NCBI GenBank assembly: GCA_964402565.1
Contig: CAYOCJ010000001.1
Coordinates: 288,079 to 352,078 of the forward strand
DNA length: 64,000 nt
DNA from: an uncultured Gammaproteobacteria bacterium
Lineage (GTDB): Bacteria > Patescibacteriota > Patescibacteriia > UBA1558 > 2-01-FULL-52-15
Direction: 5' to 3'
Positions within the stretch are counted from its first letter, which is position 1. Each line of letters starts with the position of its first letter. The notes under the pieces are model-generated. The model saw only the letters and a list, made by a program, of their open reading frames with translations. It was not told where the DNA came from and did no database searches. This document shows, piece after piece, positions 29,004 to 39,853 of the stretch. The translations under genes were made by a program, and so were the position numbers.

Positions 29004-32000
29004 CTACTGTGAAACGATGATATTGTGGCTGCCAATTTTCTTCGTAATCTCGTTATGCAGGTCTGATGAATTGGCGACTTTAATGTTCGTTTTGATCTTG
29101 CGTATATTGCCATTCTGTACGATCAGATACACGCTCATGCTCCCGGGAAAACGCACCAGAATATCCTTGATGTCAGCAAGCGCTTCTTTGCCAAAACCGG
29201 CAGGCAAGGTGAGCCATAATTTTTGGTCTGCATGAGCTGACGACTCGAGTTGTGAGATTTTTTCTTTGGTCAGCGGTTCAGCGCTTTCAGCTAAAATTTT
29301 TGGCACGCCATCCTTGTCTGAGAGCTTGCCGTTCACCAATACCAAAGAATAATCCTGCCAGAGCGCAGGCATTTGCTCCATGAGCTTGGGAAATACGACT
29401 AGCTCGACTGATCCGCTGCCGTCCTCAAGCGTTACGAAGACCATTGGCTTGCCGCTTTTCGTTACGATCTTTTTTATCGCGGTAATGATGCCGCCGACCC
29501 GGACCATTTCTTCTGAAGCTGCGCCTGCCTGAATGACCGATAGCGCCGTAGTGTTATGGAGGAGCGGTGCGTATTTTCTGAAGGGATGGTCGCTGATGTA
29601 GAGCCCCAGTAATTCTTTTTCAAAGGCAAGTTTTTGCATCATGGTAATCAGCGGGGCAGGTTCGAGCTTGAGTTTGGCTGCAGCTCCTGCGAGCGGCAGA
29701 TCGGCGAAGAGGTCTTCCTGGCCTTTCCGCGCCTGGTCCTGTGCTTTTTTATTGAAATTTAGCAGCACATCCATATTGCCGAGCAATTCGGCCCGGTCAC
29801 CCAAGACATCAAGCGCTCCGCATTTGATAAGACTCTCTAACGATTTTTTGTTGAGATCTTTATCGTGAATTCGCTGGAGAAAATTCTCGATCGAACTGAA
29901 TTTTCCGTTTTTTTTGCGCTCATGGATGATGACCTTCGTAATATTGTCTCCGACATTCTTCACCGCGTTGAGTCCGAAGCGGATGGTGCGCGTCGCTTTG
30001 CCGGTCGTTTCATCGACGACAACAGAGAAGGTCGAAAAGCTTTCATTGACATCAGGCGCCTGGACTACCAGGCCCATTTTCTGGCTTTCATGAACTTCTT
30101 TTGCGATACGATCTGTAGAGCCCTGGTCAGCGGTCATGAGCGCAGCCATGAATTGAGCAGGGTAATGGCTTTTGAGATAGGCGGTCTGATACGCGATCAT
30201 CGCATAGGATGCCGCGTGAGATCTATTGAAGCCGTAGCGTGCGAACGGCAGGATGAACTCCCAGATTTTTTCTGCAGTGTGCTTTTGAATGCCATGCTCG
30301 ACCATGCCCTTGATCATTTTTTCCGACTGTTCGTCAAGCAGTTTTTTGATCTTCTTGCCCACTGCTTTACGCAGGATGTCCGCTTCACCATAGGTGAAGC
30401 CTGCCAGATCCCGGGCGATTTGCAGCACCTGCTCTTGGTATACCGCAATGCCATAGGTCGAGTCGAGGATAGGAGCAAGCTTCGGATGCAGATATGAAGC
30501 GGTGCGTTTGCCGAGTTTACCGTCAATATAATCGTCAATGAATTCCATGGGACCTGGCCGATACAGAGACACCATGGCGATGATATCTTCGATGTCGCTC
30601 GGCTTCAGCTTTTTCAGGTATCGCGTCATGCCGTCAGATTCAAGCTGGAAAATGCCGGTCGTATCGCCATGCTGGAGCAATTTAAATGTGTCTGCATCTT
30701 TCAACGGAAGCGTGTCGAGATCAATGACCGTACCCGTTGTTTTTTCTATGATCTCTATCGCAGTCTGCAAAATGGTCAGGTTTTTCAGTCCGAGGAAATC
30801 CATTTTCAGAAGACCAAGATCTTCTACCGGGTGCATGGAATATTGCGAGATAATGCTGTCTGGGTCAGAGCTCGAGTACTGCAGCGGCACGTGATTGGTC
30901 AGCGGCTCTTTCGTGATAATAACCGCGCATGCATGCGTCGAGGCGTGCCGCGCAATGCCTTCCAGCTTTTTTGCCATGTCCAGTAATTGCTTTGCCTGAG
31001 GATCTTCATCGTACAGCATTTTCAATTCCTCGACTTTTTGCAATGCGTCGGCAAGCGTGGTAAAGCCAGGAATGAGTTTGGCGACGCGGTCGCAGAAATT
31101 ATAGGGAAGCCCCATGACACGCCCGACATCCCGAACTGCAGCGCGTGCAGCCATGGTCCCGAAGGTGATGATCTGGGCTACGCGGTCTTTGCCGTATTTT
31201 TTTTCGACATATTCGAGCACGCGGGATCGTTCTGTATCTGAAAAGTCCATATCAATATCAGGCATTGAGATGCGCTCTGGGTTCAGGAAGCGTTCAAAGA
31301 GCAGTTTGTAGGCAAGCGGGTCGATATTCGTAATGCCAAGGAGATAGGACACCAAAGAGCCGGCCGCCGAGCCGCGGCCAGGGCCGACCATGATCGCATT
31401 GTCCTTGGCCCAGTTCACAAAATCCTGAACGATCAAAAAATAGTCCGCGAAACCTGTCTTTTTGATCACATCCAGCTCATAGTCTAGTCTATGAGTTAAT
31501 TCCTCGCTTGCCTGCGTGCTTTCGATCCCATATCTTTTTTTAATGCCCTGGTAGCTCAGCTCCTGCAGGAATTCATCGCTTGATTTTCCGCCAGGGATCT
31601 CGAAATAGGGGATATTGATCTTGCCGAGGGTGATATCAAGAGCGCAACGTTCAGCGATCGCTGCCGTATTCGCTATAGCCTCAGGAGTATCGGCAAAGTT
31701 CTCAGCCATTTGTTCAGCAGAGAGGAGTGAATAGTCCTCGCCGATATAGGACATGCGATTTTTATCAGTTAGGCGCGTCTTGGTTTGCAGACAAATAAGC
31801 GTATCGTGAGCGCTTGCGTCGTCAGTCTGTACATAATGGATATCGTTCGTCGCGACAAGCGGCACATCGTATTTTTTGCTCAACAATTTGAGCGCGCTAT
31901 TGACCTTGCTTTGCTCAGGCAGGCTTGGCCGGAACTGCAGTTCAAGGAAAAGATTTTTGGTGCTGAAGATGTCTAGTAGTTTCTGCAGATTTTTTTCAGC

Positions 32001-32456
32001 CAGCGGTTGATCGCCCTGCGCTATTGGCCGCGATACCGGGCCGTTCAGGCAAGCGGTCAGGCAGATCAGGCCCTCGCTTCGCGCCTTCAATAATTCCCAA
32101 TCGAAGCGGGGTTTATAATAAAAACCCTTGAGATGTGCATCGGTCGTCAGTTTGAGCAGGTTTTGGTAGCCGGTCGTATTCGTTGCAAGCAAGATCAGGT
32201 GATATGGCTTTATGTTTTTGTTCTGCTCGAGCATGCTCCCATCGGTCAGGTAGCCTTCCACGCCGATGATCGGTTTGATGCCCTGCTTGACTGCCTCCTG
32301 ATAAAATTCGATGGCGCCATAGAGAACGCCGTGATCAGTGAGTGCGAGCGCCTCCATGCCGCTGTTTTTTGCAGCAGCAACAAGATTCGGAATGGTACCG
32401 AGCCCGTCCAGGAGGCTGTAATGAGAATGAGTGTGGAGGTGTACGAATTTCGACAT
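29004..32456 (-). CDS. dnaE: DNA polymerase III subunit alpha
   Basis: HLHTHSHYSLLDG, GRGSAAGS, MPDIDMD, KMDFLGL, YGFNRSH; no intein evident. Confidence 0.98.
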   Translation of the reverse strand: MSKFVHLHTHSHYSLLDGLGTIPNLVAAAKNSGMEALALTDHGVLYGAIEFYQEAVKQGIKPIIGVEGYLTDGSMLEQNKNIKPYHLILLATNTTGYQNLLKLTTDAHLKGFYYKPRFDWELLKARSEGLICLTACLNGPVSRPIAQGDQPLAEKNLQKLLDIFSTKNLFLELQFRPSLPEQSKVNSALKLLSKKYDVPLVATNDIHYVQTDDASAHDTLICLQTKTRLTDKNRMSYIGEDYSLLSAEQMAENFADTPEAIANTAAIAERCALDITLGKINIPYFEIPGGKSSDEFLQELSYQGIKKRYGIESTQASEELTHRLDYELDVIKKTGFADYFLIVQDFVNWAKDNAIMVGPGRGSAAGSLVSYLLGITNIDPLAYKLLFERFLNPERISMPDIDMDFSDTERSRVLEYVEKKYGKDRVAQIITFGTMAARAAVRDVGRVMGLPYNFCDRVAKLIPGFTTLADALQKVEELKMLYDEDPQAKQLLDMAKKLEGIARHASTHACAVIITKEPLTNHVPLQYSSSDPDSIISQYSMHPVEDLGLLKMDFLGLKNLTILQTAIEIIEKTTGTVIDLDTLPLKDADTFKLLQHGDTTGIFQLESDGMTRYLKKLKPSDIEDIIAMVSLYRPGPMEFIDDYIDGKLGKRTASYLHPKLAPILDSTYGIAVYQEQVLQIARDLAGFTYGEADILRKAVGKKIKKLLDEQSEKMIKGMVEHGIQKHTAEKIWEFILPFARYGFNRSHAASYAMIAYQTAYLKSHYPAQFMAALMTADQGSTDRIAKEVHESQKMGLVVQAPDVNESFSTFSVVVDETTGKATRTIRFGLNAVKNVGDNITKVIIHERKKNGKFSSIENFLQRIHDKDLNKKSLESLIKCGALDVLGDRAELLGNMDVLLNFNKKAQDQARKGQEDLFADLPLAGAAAKLKLEPAPLITMMQKLAFEKELLGLYISDHPFRKYAPLLHNTTALSVIQAGAASEEMVRVGGIITAIKKIVTKSGKPMVFVTLEDGSGSVELVVFPKLMEQMPALWQDYSLVLVNGKLSDKDGVPKILAESAEPLTKEKISQLESSAHADQKLWLTLPAGFGKEALADIKDILVRFPGSMSVYLIVQNGNIRKIKTNIKVANSSDLHNEITKKIGSHNIIVSQ

Positions 32457-32520
32457 AGGACGTAATCAATACAACAGGACGGTCATCCTGTTGTGCTTCG
32501 AAGCGTTACATGCAAATCTA

Positions 32521-32856
32521 TTAGAGTTCAGTTCGCTTCTTTCGATTTTTGTTTTTACTGTCTTCTGCTTCGTTTTTTTCGGAATGTTTTTCGCGCATGC
32601 TGCGGATCAGTTCGGAAAGTTTCTCGCCGCCTTTCATGATGAGCGGAAGGATGGCTGCGGCATTACGGATCTGGTCTTTGGCCAGGTCCAGGACCGAGCT
32701 GAATTTATCAATGACCGACGTAGCCTGGCGGATGACCTTTTCGACATCGCGGAAGATCTTGATGAAATACCAGAGTATCCAGGCAATGAAAAAAGTTAAG
32801 ACCGCTGCTGAGGCTGCCAATGTATAGTTCAATATATCTCGAGATGTTCCAAGCAT
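32521..32856 (-). CDS. Small membrane protein with a coiled coil
   Basis: Start at MLGTSRD after TATACT; one TM helix then an amphipathic helix. Confidence 0.7.
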   Translation of the reverse strand: MLGTSRDILNYTLAASAAVLTFFIAWILWYFIKIFRDVEKVIRQATSVIDKFSSVLDLAKDQIRNAAAILPLIMKGGEKLSELIRSMREKHSEKNEAEDSKNKNRKKRTEL

Positions 32857-32900
32857 AGCGAATATAGTATAGCACAGACGTTTATAGTATACTATATAAC

Positions 32901-33761
32901 ATGGCAAATGACCAAATAGACCTGGATAAAAAAATACTTGCCCGCGGGTATTGGATAGCGACACACAGGCTCGCGCTGGAGCGATGGGCTACTCGCGGCC
33001 TTACCGCGCTTATTATTTTAGTGTATCTGCTTTTCTTCGTGCAATTCGGGCTTTACATGTATCGATTGAATCAATGGCAGGAGCTGCTGGCACGTTCCAT
33101 CGTGCCGACCATCCCGTGGAGCGCTGTCAACAAGGACTTGGCGCCGCTTGATATAGATTTCGGAACACCGATGGTATTTCCGCAGGGCGAGAACAAGTAT
33201 GATTTTGTGGTCGAAGTGTATAATCCCAATCAGCAATGGGCGCTTGAATCGATGAATTACACGTTCGAGTTCGGCACCAATGAGGCGACCAAGGCCGATC
33301 ATGCCTTTATTTTGCCCGGCGAACGGAAATACATTGCGGTGCTCGGGTATCGCTCAACTGATCCGATCAAAGGCGTTGGCCATTTCACGACATCGGATTT
33401 CCGCTGGCATAAAGTTTCACATCTGCCTCCGCTGAATTGGGATTTCACCGTGCCGCCTACTTATACGGCACGCCTGGCGACCGTCGAGAAAGGCGTGCAG
33501 TCAGTATTGCCTGCTGAAGTGCATTGGACCGTGCGGAATGAGTCCACCCTGAATATCCGGAAGGTCGTCTGGCAGATCTCATACCTTAGCAGCGGCAAGC
33601 TCGTCGGCTTGTCCGAATATACGAGCGAAAATTTCCCATTCCTGGAAGAGCGTGATTTTTCCTTAAGCGCACCGGATTCGATAGGACGCGTTGAGAATGT
33701 GAAAGTATACCCGATCGTCAATATTTTTGATCCTAATTTTTCGTATCTTCCCCAAAGCTAA
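32901..33761 (+). CDS. Hypothetical membrane-anchored protein
   Basis: 286 aa, one TM, VYNPN..FILPGERKY motif. Confidence 0.75.
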   Translation: MANDQIDLDKKILARGYWIATHRLALERWATRGLTALIILVYLLFFVQFGLYMYRLNQWQELLARSIVPTIPWSAVNKDLAPLDIDFGTPMVFPQGENKYDFVVEVYNPNQQWALESMNYTFEFGTNEATKADHAFILPGERKYIAVLGYRSTDPIKGVGHFTTSDFRWHKVSHLPPLNWDFTVPPTYTARLATVEKGVQSVLPAEVHWTVRNESTLNIRKVVWQISYLSSGKLVGLSEYTSENFPFLEERDFSLSAPDSIGRVENVKVYPIVNIFDPNFSYLPQS

Positions 33762-33782
33762 CTTTTGGGCTAGACTCGAACC

Positions 33783-34886
33783 ATGCTTTCTTCCATATGG
33801 AAACGAATTCGCGGTGTTGACTGGCTCTTAAGCGTTGCCATTTTTTTTCTGGTCAGTCTCAGCCTTGCCATTCTCTACGGCATCAGTATCAATACCGCGA
33901 ACACCGGCTTATTCGTGAAGCAATTGATCGTGGTTGCTATCGGGTTTGCTGCTTTTTTCATCATTAGTAATTTGAATTATCGGCTCTGGATGATGTATTC
34001 GAAGGCATTCTATGCAGTCGGGGTTTTGGGTCTTCTCTTTGTGCTTGTTTTCGGCGTCACTATACGGGGAACTACCGGCTGGGTATCGTTCGCAGGCTTC
34101 AGCTTCCAGCCGGTCGAATTTGCGAAGATCGCCCTCATCATCATGCTGGCGAAGTATTTCAGCGATCACGGCAGGCAATTTTTTCTCTGGCGGCATATCC
34201 TGGCAAGCGGAGCCATGACAGCTGTGTATGTGGCGCTCGTTTTGAAGCAGCCTGATTTCGGATCGGCGATCGTACTCCTGGGCACCTGGTTTCTCATGCT
34301 CATGGTCGTGGGCGTGCCCCGGAAGCATTTGATCATTTTGGTCTCAACATTTCTCGTCGTAGCGGTCGGCGCATGGTTTTTCGTACTCAAGGATTATCAG
34401 AAAGACCGCATCATGACCTTCGTCAATCCGCAAGCTGATATTTTGGGAGTCGGATACAATGTCCGGCAGTCCGTTATCGCAGTCGGTTCAGGGCAGATCA
34501 TCGGCAGAGGATTCGGGCTGGGGTCGCAAAGCCAATTGAAATTTTTACCTGAACCAGAAACTGACTTCGTGTTCGCTGTGCTCGCTGAAGAATTCGGCCT
34601 TATCGGCGTGCTGATCCTGTTCGCGGGTTTTGGCGCTCTCTTGTATCGCCTCTTTCGCATTGCACATAAGACCGGCGATAATTTTGCCGCGTTTTTTTGT
34701 CTCGGCCTTGCCGCACTCATGACCGTACAGACCTTCATCAATATCGGCATGAATATCGGCATTGCGCCGGTAACCGGTATTCCTTTGCCGTTCATATCAT
34801 CAGGCGGTAGTTCGCTTTTAGGTTTTTTTGTCGCCTTTGGCATCGTATCGAGTATTATCGTTGATAATCGAACGCTTCGTACTTGA
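33783..34886 (+). CDS. rodA: Rod shape-determining protein RodA (SEDS family)
   Basis: FQPVEFAK, QPDFGSA, YQKDRI, LPEPETDFVF, PVTGIPLPFISSGGSS. Confidence 0.93.
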   Translation: MLSSIWKRIRGVDWLLSVAIFFLVSLSLAILYGISINTANTGLFVKQLIVVAIGFAAFFIISNLNYRLWMMYSKAFYAVGVLGLLFVLVFGVTIRGTTGWVSFAGFSFQPVEFAKIALIIMLAKYFSDHGRQFFLWRHILASGAMTAVYVALVLKQPDFGSAIVLLGTWFLMLMVVGVPRKHLIILVSTFLVVAVGAWFFVLKDYQKDRIMTFVNPQADILGVGYNVRQSVIAVGSGQIIGRGFGLGSQSQLKFLPEPETDFVFAVLAEEFGLIGVLILFAGFGALLYRLFRIAHKTGDNFAAFFCLGLAALMTVQTFINIGMNIGIAPVTGIPLPFISSGGSSLLGFFVAFGIVSSIIVDNRTLRT

Positions 34887-34926
34887 TTTTATTGATAAAA
34901 AACGACCTAGCGCGTATAGTATTTGT

Positions 34927-35514
34927 ATGCGGAGGGGATTTACACTTATTGAACTCCTGGTTGTTATAGCCATTATAGGCATTTTGGCAGCTATTGTTGT
35001 AACGAACGTAAATGTCGCGCGTGCAAAATCGCGCGATGCTCGCCGTTTGAGCGAAGCACATAATATCCAGCAGGCCCTGGAACTTTTTTATGAGGCGAAC
35101 GGGTATTATCCTTACTCGCAAGGTTGTGGCAGTGTTTTAGGTAGTGGTCATTGGTGCGACAGCTCTGCGACCATTGATGCGAGCGGTTCGTGGATCCATA
35201 ATGCCTCAGATACGCAGAATTTGTCGGCATATTTCAGCAGAATGCCGGTCGACCCATTGAATAAGCCCACTCCGTCACTGGGTCCGGTAGATTATGCTCA
35301 AACATACAATTACTATGCCATGGGCGCTTGCACTGGCTCACCGCAAAGCCAATGGTATATGCTCGTGGTTACATTAGAAATTCCGCGACCTGATCTCGCA
35401 GCGCGAGATGGCGTGCGAGATGGTTGCGGCACCTTGTATGACGATGCGTCCCTGAAAGCGAGTAACCCGAGTGCGAACCCAGGGATACTGGTCTTTGGAA
35501 ACAATCATTTCTAA
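34927..35514 (+). CDS. Type IV pilin / pseudopilin-like protein
   Basis: MRRGFTLIELLVVIAIIGILA, KSRDARRLS..QALELFY, PVDP. Confidence 0.9.
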   Translation: MRRGFTLIELLVVIAIIGILAAIVVTNVNVARAKSRDARRLSEAHNIQQALELFYEANGYYPYSQGCGSVLGSGHWCDSSATIDASGSWIHNASDTQNLSAYFSRMPVDPLNKPTPSLGPVDYAQTYNYYAMGACTGSPQSQWYMLVVTLEIPRPDLAARDGVRDGCGTLYDDASLKASNPSANPGILVFGNNHF

Positions 35515-35610
35515 GGTGACCGCATAGATCGGCCCAAGGTTATACTTGACGCATCTTCTTAAATATGATTAAATCCTTTCGTTCAGGATAACATTTTTCA
35601 ATTATCTGAT

Positions 35611-36282
35611 ATGAATTTAGCGCTTACTGCTATCAAACGAGAACTGACCACCTATGGTGGTTTGAAGTCATTGCGCGAAAAAGGCTCGATCCCTGCGATC
35701 GTCTATAGCCATGGCAAAGAAAATCATCTGATCACCTTGCCGGCGAAAGAATTCAGCGTTGTGCTGACAAAAGCTGGCTCGAGCAACCTCATCGACCTGT
35801 CCATAGAAGGTGCCAAAGGAGCAGTCCCTGTCCTGATCTCTGAAGTACAGCGAGACCCGCTTTCAAATAAGGTCATTCACGTTGATCTGCATGAAGTGCG
35901 AATGGATGAGAAGCTCCGCACTGAAATTCAACTCGAATTTATCGGCGAATCACCCGCAGTGAAATCGTTGGGCGGTAACCTGATCACCAGTATTGACTCG
36001 CTCAATGTGGAGTGTTTACCGAAAGATCTGGTTTCTTCTATTCAAGTCGATATCTCGGTGCTTGAAGCACTCGACACCACCTTGCATATTAGTGATCTGA
36101 AAATTCCGGCAGGTATTACCGTTCTCGATGATCCCTCTGGTAGTGTAGTGAGTGTTCTGACACCAAGAGAAGAGAAAGAAACTGAGACACCGGTAACTGA
36201 AGTTATTGGTGGCGAACCGGGCGCGCCTGTTGCTGAGGGTGAGGCTGCTGCTGCCACTGCAGCCGAAGAGCCGAAGAAATAA
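35611..36282 (+). CDS. rplY: 50S ribosomal protein L25 (Ctc type)
   Basis: LREKGSIPAIVY, QRDP..HVDL, GESPAVK. Confidence 0.95.
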   Translation: MNLALTAIKRELTTYGGLKSLREKGSIPAIVYSHGKENHLITLPAKEFSVVLTKAGSSNLIDLSIEGAKGAVPVLISEVQRDPLSNKVIHVDLHEVRMDEKLRTEIQLEFIGESPAVKSLGGNLITSIDSLNVECLPKDLVSSIQVDISVLEALDTTLHISDLKIPAGITVLDDPSGSVVSVLTPREEKETETPVTEVIGGEPGAPVAEGEAAAATAAEEPKK

Positions 36283-36313
36283 TCAGTTTCGGTACGTAAA
36301 TTTCATTGCGACT

Positions 36314-37351
36314 ATGCATCGTAGGGTTCAGCTTGCTGCTGCTACAGTCATCACCGTTATCGTAGGAGCAGTTTTTTATTATGCCTTTATTGCGCCGGGC
36401 CTCAAAACATCGAAGGCGCCTGAAGCGCCAGCGCATTTATTCGATACGCCGGTTGCACGGCATCCACTGACCGGTGTCATCGTATCGTCAACGCCTGATT
36501 TTTTCCCCGTGAGCGTCATGTTCGACAATTTCGAAACGGTTAAGACGCGGCCAGGCCTTGAAAATGCCTCGATCGTCTATGAAGCATTAGCTGAGGGCGG
36601 CATTACGAGGCTCATGGGCGTTTTCGACAGTTCAGATAGCGTGAAAAAATTCGGGCCTATCCGTTCAGTACGGCCATATTTCATTGATTGGGCTTCTGAA
36701 TACGGCGGCATTCTGATGCATGTCGGCGGCAGCCCGGAAGCTTTGGATCAGCTGAAGAATAGCGATGCCGTCATGGACATCGATCAGATCGGTGCGAAAG
36801 AAATGTATTTTACGCGGGACCCGAGTATCCAGCCTCCGCATAATGTGTTTTCATCCTTTTCATCGTGGCTGCAATTAGATGATCGCCTGCATGTTCCGCA
36901 TCCGACCATCACGCCGTGGAAATATTCAGATATGGCGCCGCAAACACAGACTGCTACGCAACAAGTCGATATCATATATTCGCCTGGTTTGAAGACCTCC
37001 TGGGCATACAATGCTGAGAAGAACAGTTATATCAGGTTTGTCAACGGTGATGCGCAGCTCTATGCAACGGGCGATTCTGTTTCTGCATCGAATGTGGTGA
37101 TTATCCAGGTGCCGACAGAAACGATCGATACCGTTGGCCGCCAGCATATGAAGACTTTAGGTTCCGGGCCGGCTCAAATTTTAAGGAATGGCCAAACCAT
37201 GCATGGAACCTGGATGAAAGAAACACGGGGTTCGCGCATGCGTTTCATCGGCGATGATCAGCAAGAAATATCACTGACCCCTGGGCGGACATGGGTTGCC
37301 GTGGTGCCATCGCTTGATCTGGTTTCAAATACCCAGGATGCTACGCATTGA
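36314..37351 (+). CDS. DUF3048-like exported protein
   Basis: HPLTG, VMFDN, YEALAEGGITR, GPIRSVRPYF, PHN, GRTWV. Confidence 0.85.
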   Translation: MHRRVQLAAATVITVIVGAVFYYAFIAPGLKTSKAPEAPAHLFDTPVARHPLTGVIVSSTPDFFPVSVMFDNFETVKTRPGLENASIVYEALAEGGITRLMGVFDSSDSVKKFGPIRSVRPYFIDWASEYGGILMHVGGSPEALDQLKNSDAVMDIDQIGAKEMYFTRDPSIQPPHNVFSSFSSWLQLDDRLHVPHPTITPWKYSDMAPQTQTATQQVDIIYSPGLKTSWAYNAEKNSYIRFVNGDAQLYATGDSVSASNVVIIQVPTETIDTVGRQHMKTLGSGPAQILRNGQTMHGTWMKETRGSRMRFIGDDQQEISLTPGRTWVAVVPSLDLVSNTQDATH

Positions 37352-38180
37352 TAATGACGACGCGGTCATGGCCGCTTAGGTCCTTCAATACGGTGAGAGA
37401 TGATTCAGGGAAAACACTCTGAACTTTTTTTGTTATTGGATCAGTTTGTGATGGATCAATTTCCAGCATCATGACGCCGTGTTCGGCGAGATGATCTTTT
37501 GCCTGCTTCAGAAACTCACGATAGATATCAAGCCCGTCGCTGCCTCCCCATAATGCCCCGACGGGTTCTTGTTTGATCGACGGTTCATTGAGCTGTGCGG
37601 TGGTCAGATAGGGGAGATTGGCAATGAGTAATGTGAATTTCTGGTCGCCGCATTCTGAAAAAAGATTTGATTCTATAAAATGTACTTTGGCCTGTATTTT
37701 TTTTGCATTCTTGCGGGCAATTACCAGCGCATGCTCGGATATATCAATGCCGAAGAAGCTAACGTGTCTGTGAGCGTCTGTGTTTTTTGCAATAGAAATG
37801 ATGATGCAGCCGGAACCAGTTCCCATATCAAGAACGCTTTGGTAGTCATTATTTTTCAGATGACTGAGCGCGCTGTCTACGAGCAATTCAGTTTCCGGCC
37901 TTGGCACGAGCGTATGTTCATCTATGATGAAATCCAGGCCGTAAAATTCTTTATGCCCGACCAGGACAGCAACTGACATCCCAGCCATCCGTTGGGCAAT
38001 CATTTTTTGAATTTCGCCGCGCTGGTCTATTGAAACGAGTGTGTCGGGGTGCGCGAAGAGTTCGCTTTTGTCCGTGCCTAGTATGTGAGATATGAGGATA
38101 GCTGCATCATCAGCCGGCATATGCGCGGTCTGAAGTTTTTTTTCTGATTGACTGAGGATCTCTCCGATGCTCCCGTTCAT
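37341..38180 (-). CDS. prmC: Release factor glutamine methyltransferase
   Basis: [20 protein letters not shown]; downstream of prfA. Confidence 0.95.
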   Translation of the reverse strand: MNGSIGEILSQSEKKLQTAHMPADDAAILISHILGTDKSELFAHPDTLVSIDQRGEIQKMIAQRMAGMSVAVLVGHKEFYGLDFIIDEHTLVPRPETELLVDSALSHLKNNDYQSVLDMGTGSGCIIISIAKNTDAHRHVSFFGIDISEHALVIARKNAKKIQAKVHFIESNLFSECGDQKFTLLIANLPYLTTAQLNEPSIKQEPVGALWGGSDGLDIYREFLKQAKDHLAEHGVMMLEIDPSQTDPITKKVQSVFPESSLTVLKDLSGHDRVVIINA

Positions 38181-39226
38181 ATCTGTTCTTGCCGGTCTGC
38201 GAGATGCAGGGCTTCAATGATCGGATCAATGGCGCCATCCATGATCACGCTGAGGTTATGGAAATTTTGCTTGATGCGATGGTCGGTGACGCGATCCTGA
38301 GGGAAATTATAGGTTCGGATCTTTTCGCTTCTGTCACCGGTGCCGACCTGGGATTTCCGTGCATCGGCTCGTTCTTTCTGGCGTTTCTCAACTTCCATAG
38401 CAAGAAGCCGTGAGCGGAGGATAGTCATAGCTTTCAGCTTGTTCTGTTGCTGCGATCGTTCATCCTGGCAGCCGACGACCATACCTGTCGGCAAGTGTGT
38501 GATGCGAACCGCAGAATAGGTCGTGTTCACCGACTGCCCGCCATGACCACCGGACATGAACGTGTCGATCCGCAGATCCTTGGGTTGAATATCAATATCC
38601 ACTTCTTCTGCTTCTGGAAGCACTGCGACAGTCGCGGCAGACGTATGCACGCGGCCTGCTTTTTCAGTCTCAGGCACCCGCTGTACCCGATGCACGCCCA
38701 TTTCGTATTTTAGTTTTTTATAAATACGATCGCCTTCGACAGAGAAAATGATTTCTTTGAAACCGCCCAATGAAGTGCGATTGCTCGAAATGATCGCAGC
38801 TTTCCAGCTATGTCGTTCAGCAAATCTGCTATACATTCTGAAGAGTTCGGCTGCGAATAGGGCTGATTCATCACCGCCAGTGCCGGCGCGTATTTCTATG
38901 ATGACGTTTTTCGCGTCATTCGGATCGGCAGGATTCATGAGCTCGTCGAGCTCGGAACTGAGCATTGGGATCTTTTCTTCCAGGTTCGCAATTTCTTCAT
39001 CCATCATATTACGTAAGGCCTCATCGTCTTCAGTGGCACGGTCTTTTCTGAGCGCAGCAAGGTCCGCCTTGGTTTTCTCAAGCCTTTCTGACCGTTCAAG
39101 CATTTCTTTCAGTTCTTTATATTTTTTTGAGAGCGAGCCGTATTTTTTGCCATCACTAAGAATCTCAGGCTTTGCTAAGTCTGCTTCCATGGTCGTTAGT
39201 TGTGATTTGATTTCACCTAAGTTCAT
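38177..39226 (-). CDS. prfA: Peptide chain release factor 1
   Basis: [33 protein letters not shown]; start at MNLGE with TATACT 6 nt upstream. Confidence 0.97.
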   Translation of the reverse strand: MNLGEIKSQLTTMEADLAKPEILSDGKKYGSLSKKYKELKEMLERSERLEKTKADLAALRKDRATEDDEALRNMMDEEIANLEEKIPMLSSELDELMNPADPNDAKNVIIEIRAGTGGDESALFAAELFRMYSRFAERHSWKAAIISSNRTSLGGFKEIIFSVEGDRIYKKLKYEMGVHRVQRVPETEKAGRVHTSAATVAVLPEAEEVDIDIQPKDLRIDTFMSGGHGGQSVNTTYSAVRITHLPTGMVVGCQDERSQQQNKLKAMTILRSRLLAMEVEKRQKERADARKSQVGTGDRSEKIRTYNFPQDRVTDHRIKQNFHNLSVIMDGAIDPIIEALHLADRQEQI

Positions 39227-39420
39227 TGAATTAGTATACCGTTTTATTTCCTGACCGCCCATACGACCTTCCTTCGGCACGCAATGACTATCCTAGGAAT
39301 CTTGGCGAGTAATCTCAGGCCTGCTGCTCGCCTGTGTCAGATCGCATGAGCGGTCAAGCTCCCATTTACATAAAACAAAAAACCCTACACGGGAGTGATG
39401 GGTTTTTTCAAAAAGTGCAG

Positions 39421-39711
39421 CTATTTCTCTTTCTTTGCTTTCGTAGCTTTCTTTTCTGAAGATCGGGCCTTCTTTGCTTTTTTGCCCAGACGGACTTTCG
39501 ATGTTTCTTCCTTTTTCGTGATCAAGCGCTTGAAGCGGTCCACACGGCCGGCAGTGTCTACCAGTTTATCCTTGCCGGTATAGAACGGGTGGCAATTTGA
39601 ACAAATTTCAATGTGAAGCTCTTTCATGGTCGAGCCGGTTTTGAAAGTATTGCCGCAGGCGCATTTGACGACTGCGTCAGTATAGTAGGTTGGGTGAATA
39701 TCTTGTTTCAT
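39421..39711 (-). CDS. rpmE: 50S ribosomal protein L31 (zinc-binding type)
   Basis: [27 protein letters not shown]; an in-frame upstream ATG at 39753 is also possible. Confidence 0.97.
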   Translation of the reverse strand: MKQDIHPTYYTDAVVKCACGNTFKTGSTMKELHIEICSNCHPFYTGKDKLVDTAGRVDRFKRLITKKEETSKVRLGKKAKKARSSEKKATKAKKEK

Positions 39712-39721
39712 AAGTGTTTTT

Positions 39722-39751
39722 CCGCCCGAGGCGGACCAGCCTTGGGCTGGC
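39722..39751. repeat. Palindromic repeat TCCGCC-N3-GGCGGA plus CCAGCC-N3-GGCTGG
   Basis: Direct reading; related CCGCC..GGCGG palindromes occur near 17136, 41325, 42108, 42861 and 62012. Confidence 0.75.
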
Positions 39752-39812
39752 ATAGCCTGCGTATAGTACTACGGTTTTGCCCTATTGTCAAGAATCGGCC
39801 TGTATAAAGTGA

Positions 39813-39849
39813 GAAAGCCCGCTCGCGCGTTAGCGCTGAGCGGGCTTTC
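39813..39849. terminator. Hairpin terminator
   Basis: GAAAGCCCGCTC...GAGCGGGCTTTC. Confidence 0.7.
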
Positions 39850-39853
39850 GGGC

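Noticed and set aside
39252-39356. Assignment as SRP RNA
   Set aside because: The size and long stem fit, but the conserved helix-8 motif is not present in the correct order; kept only as an unknown RNA candidate.
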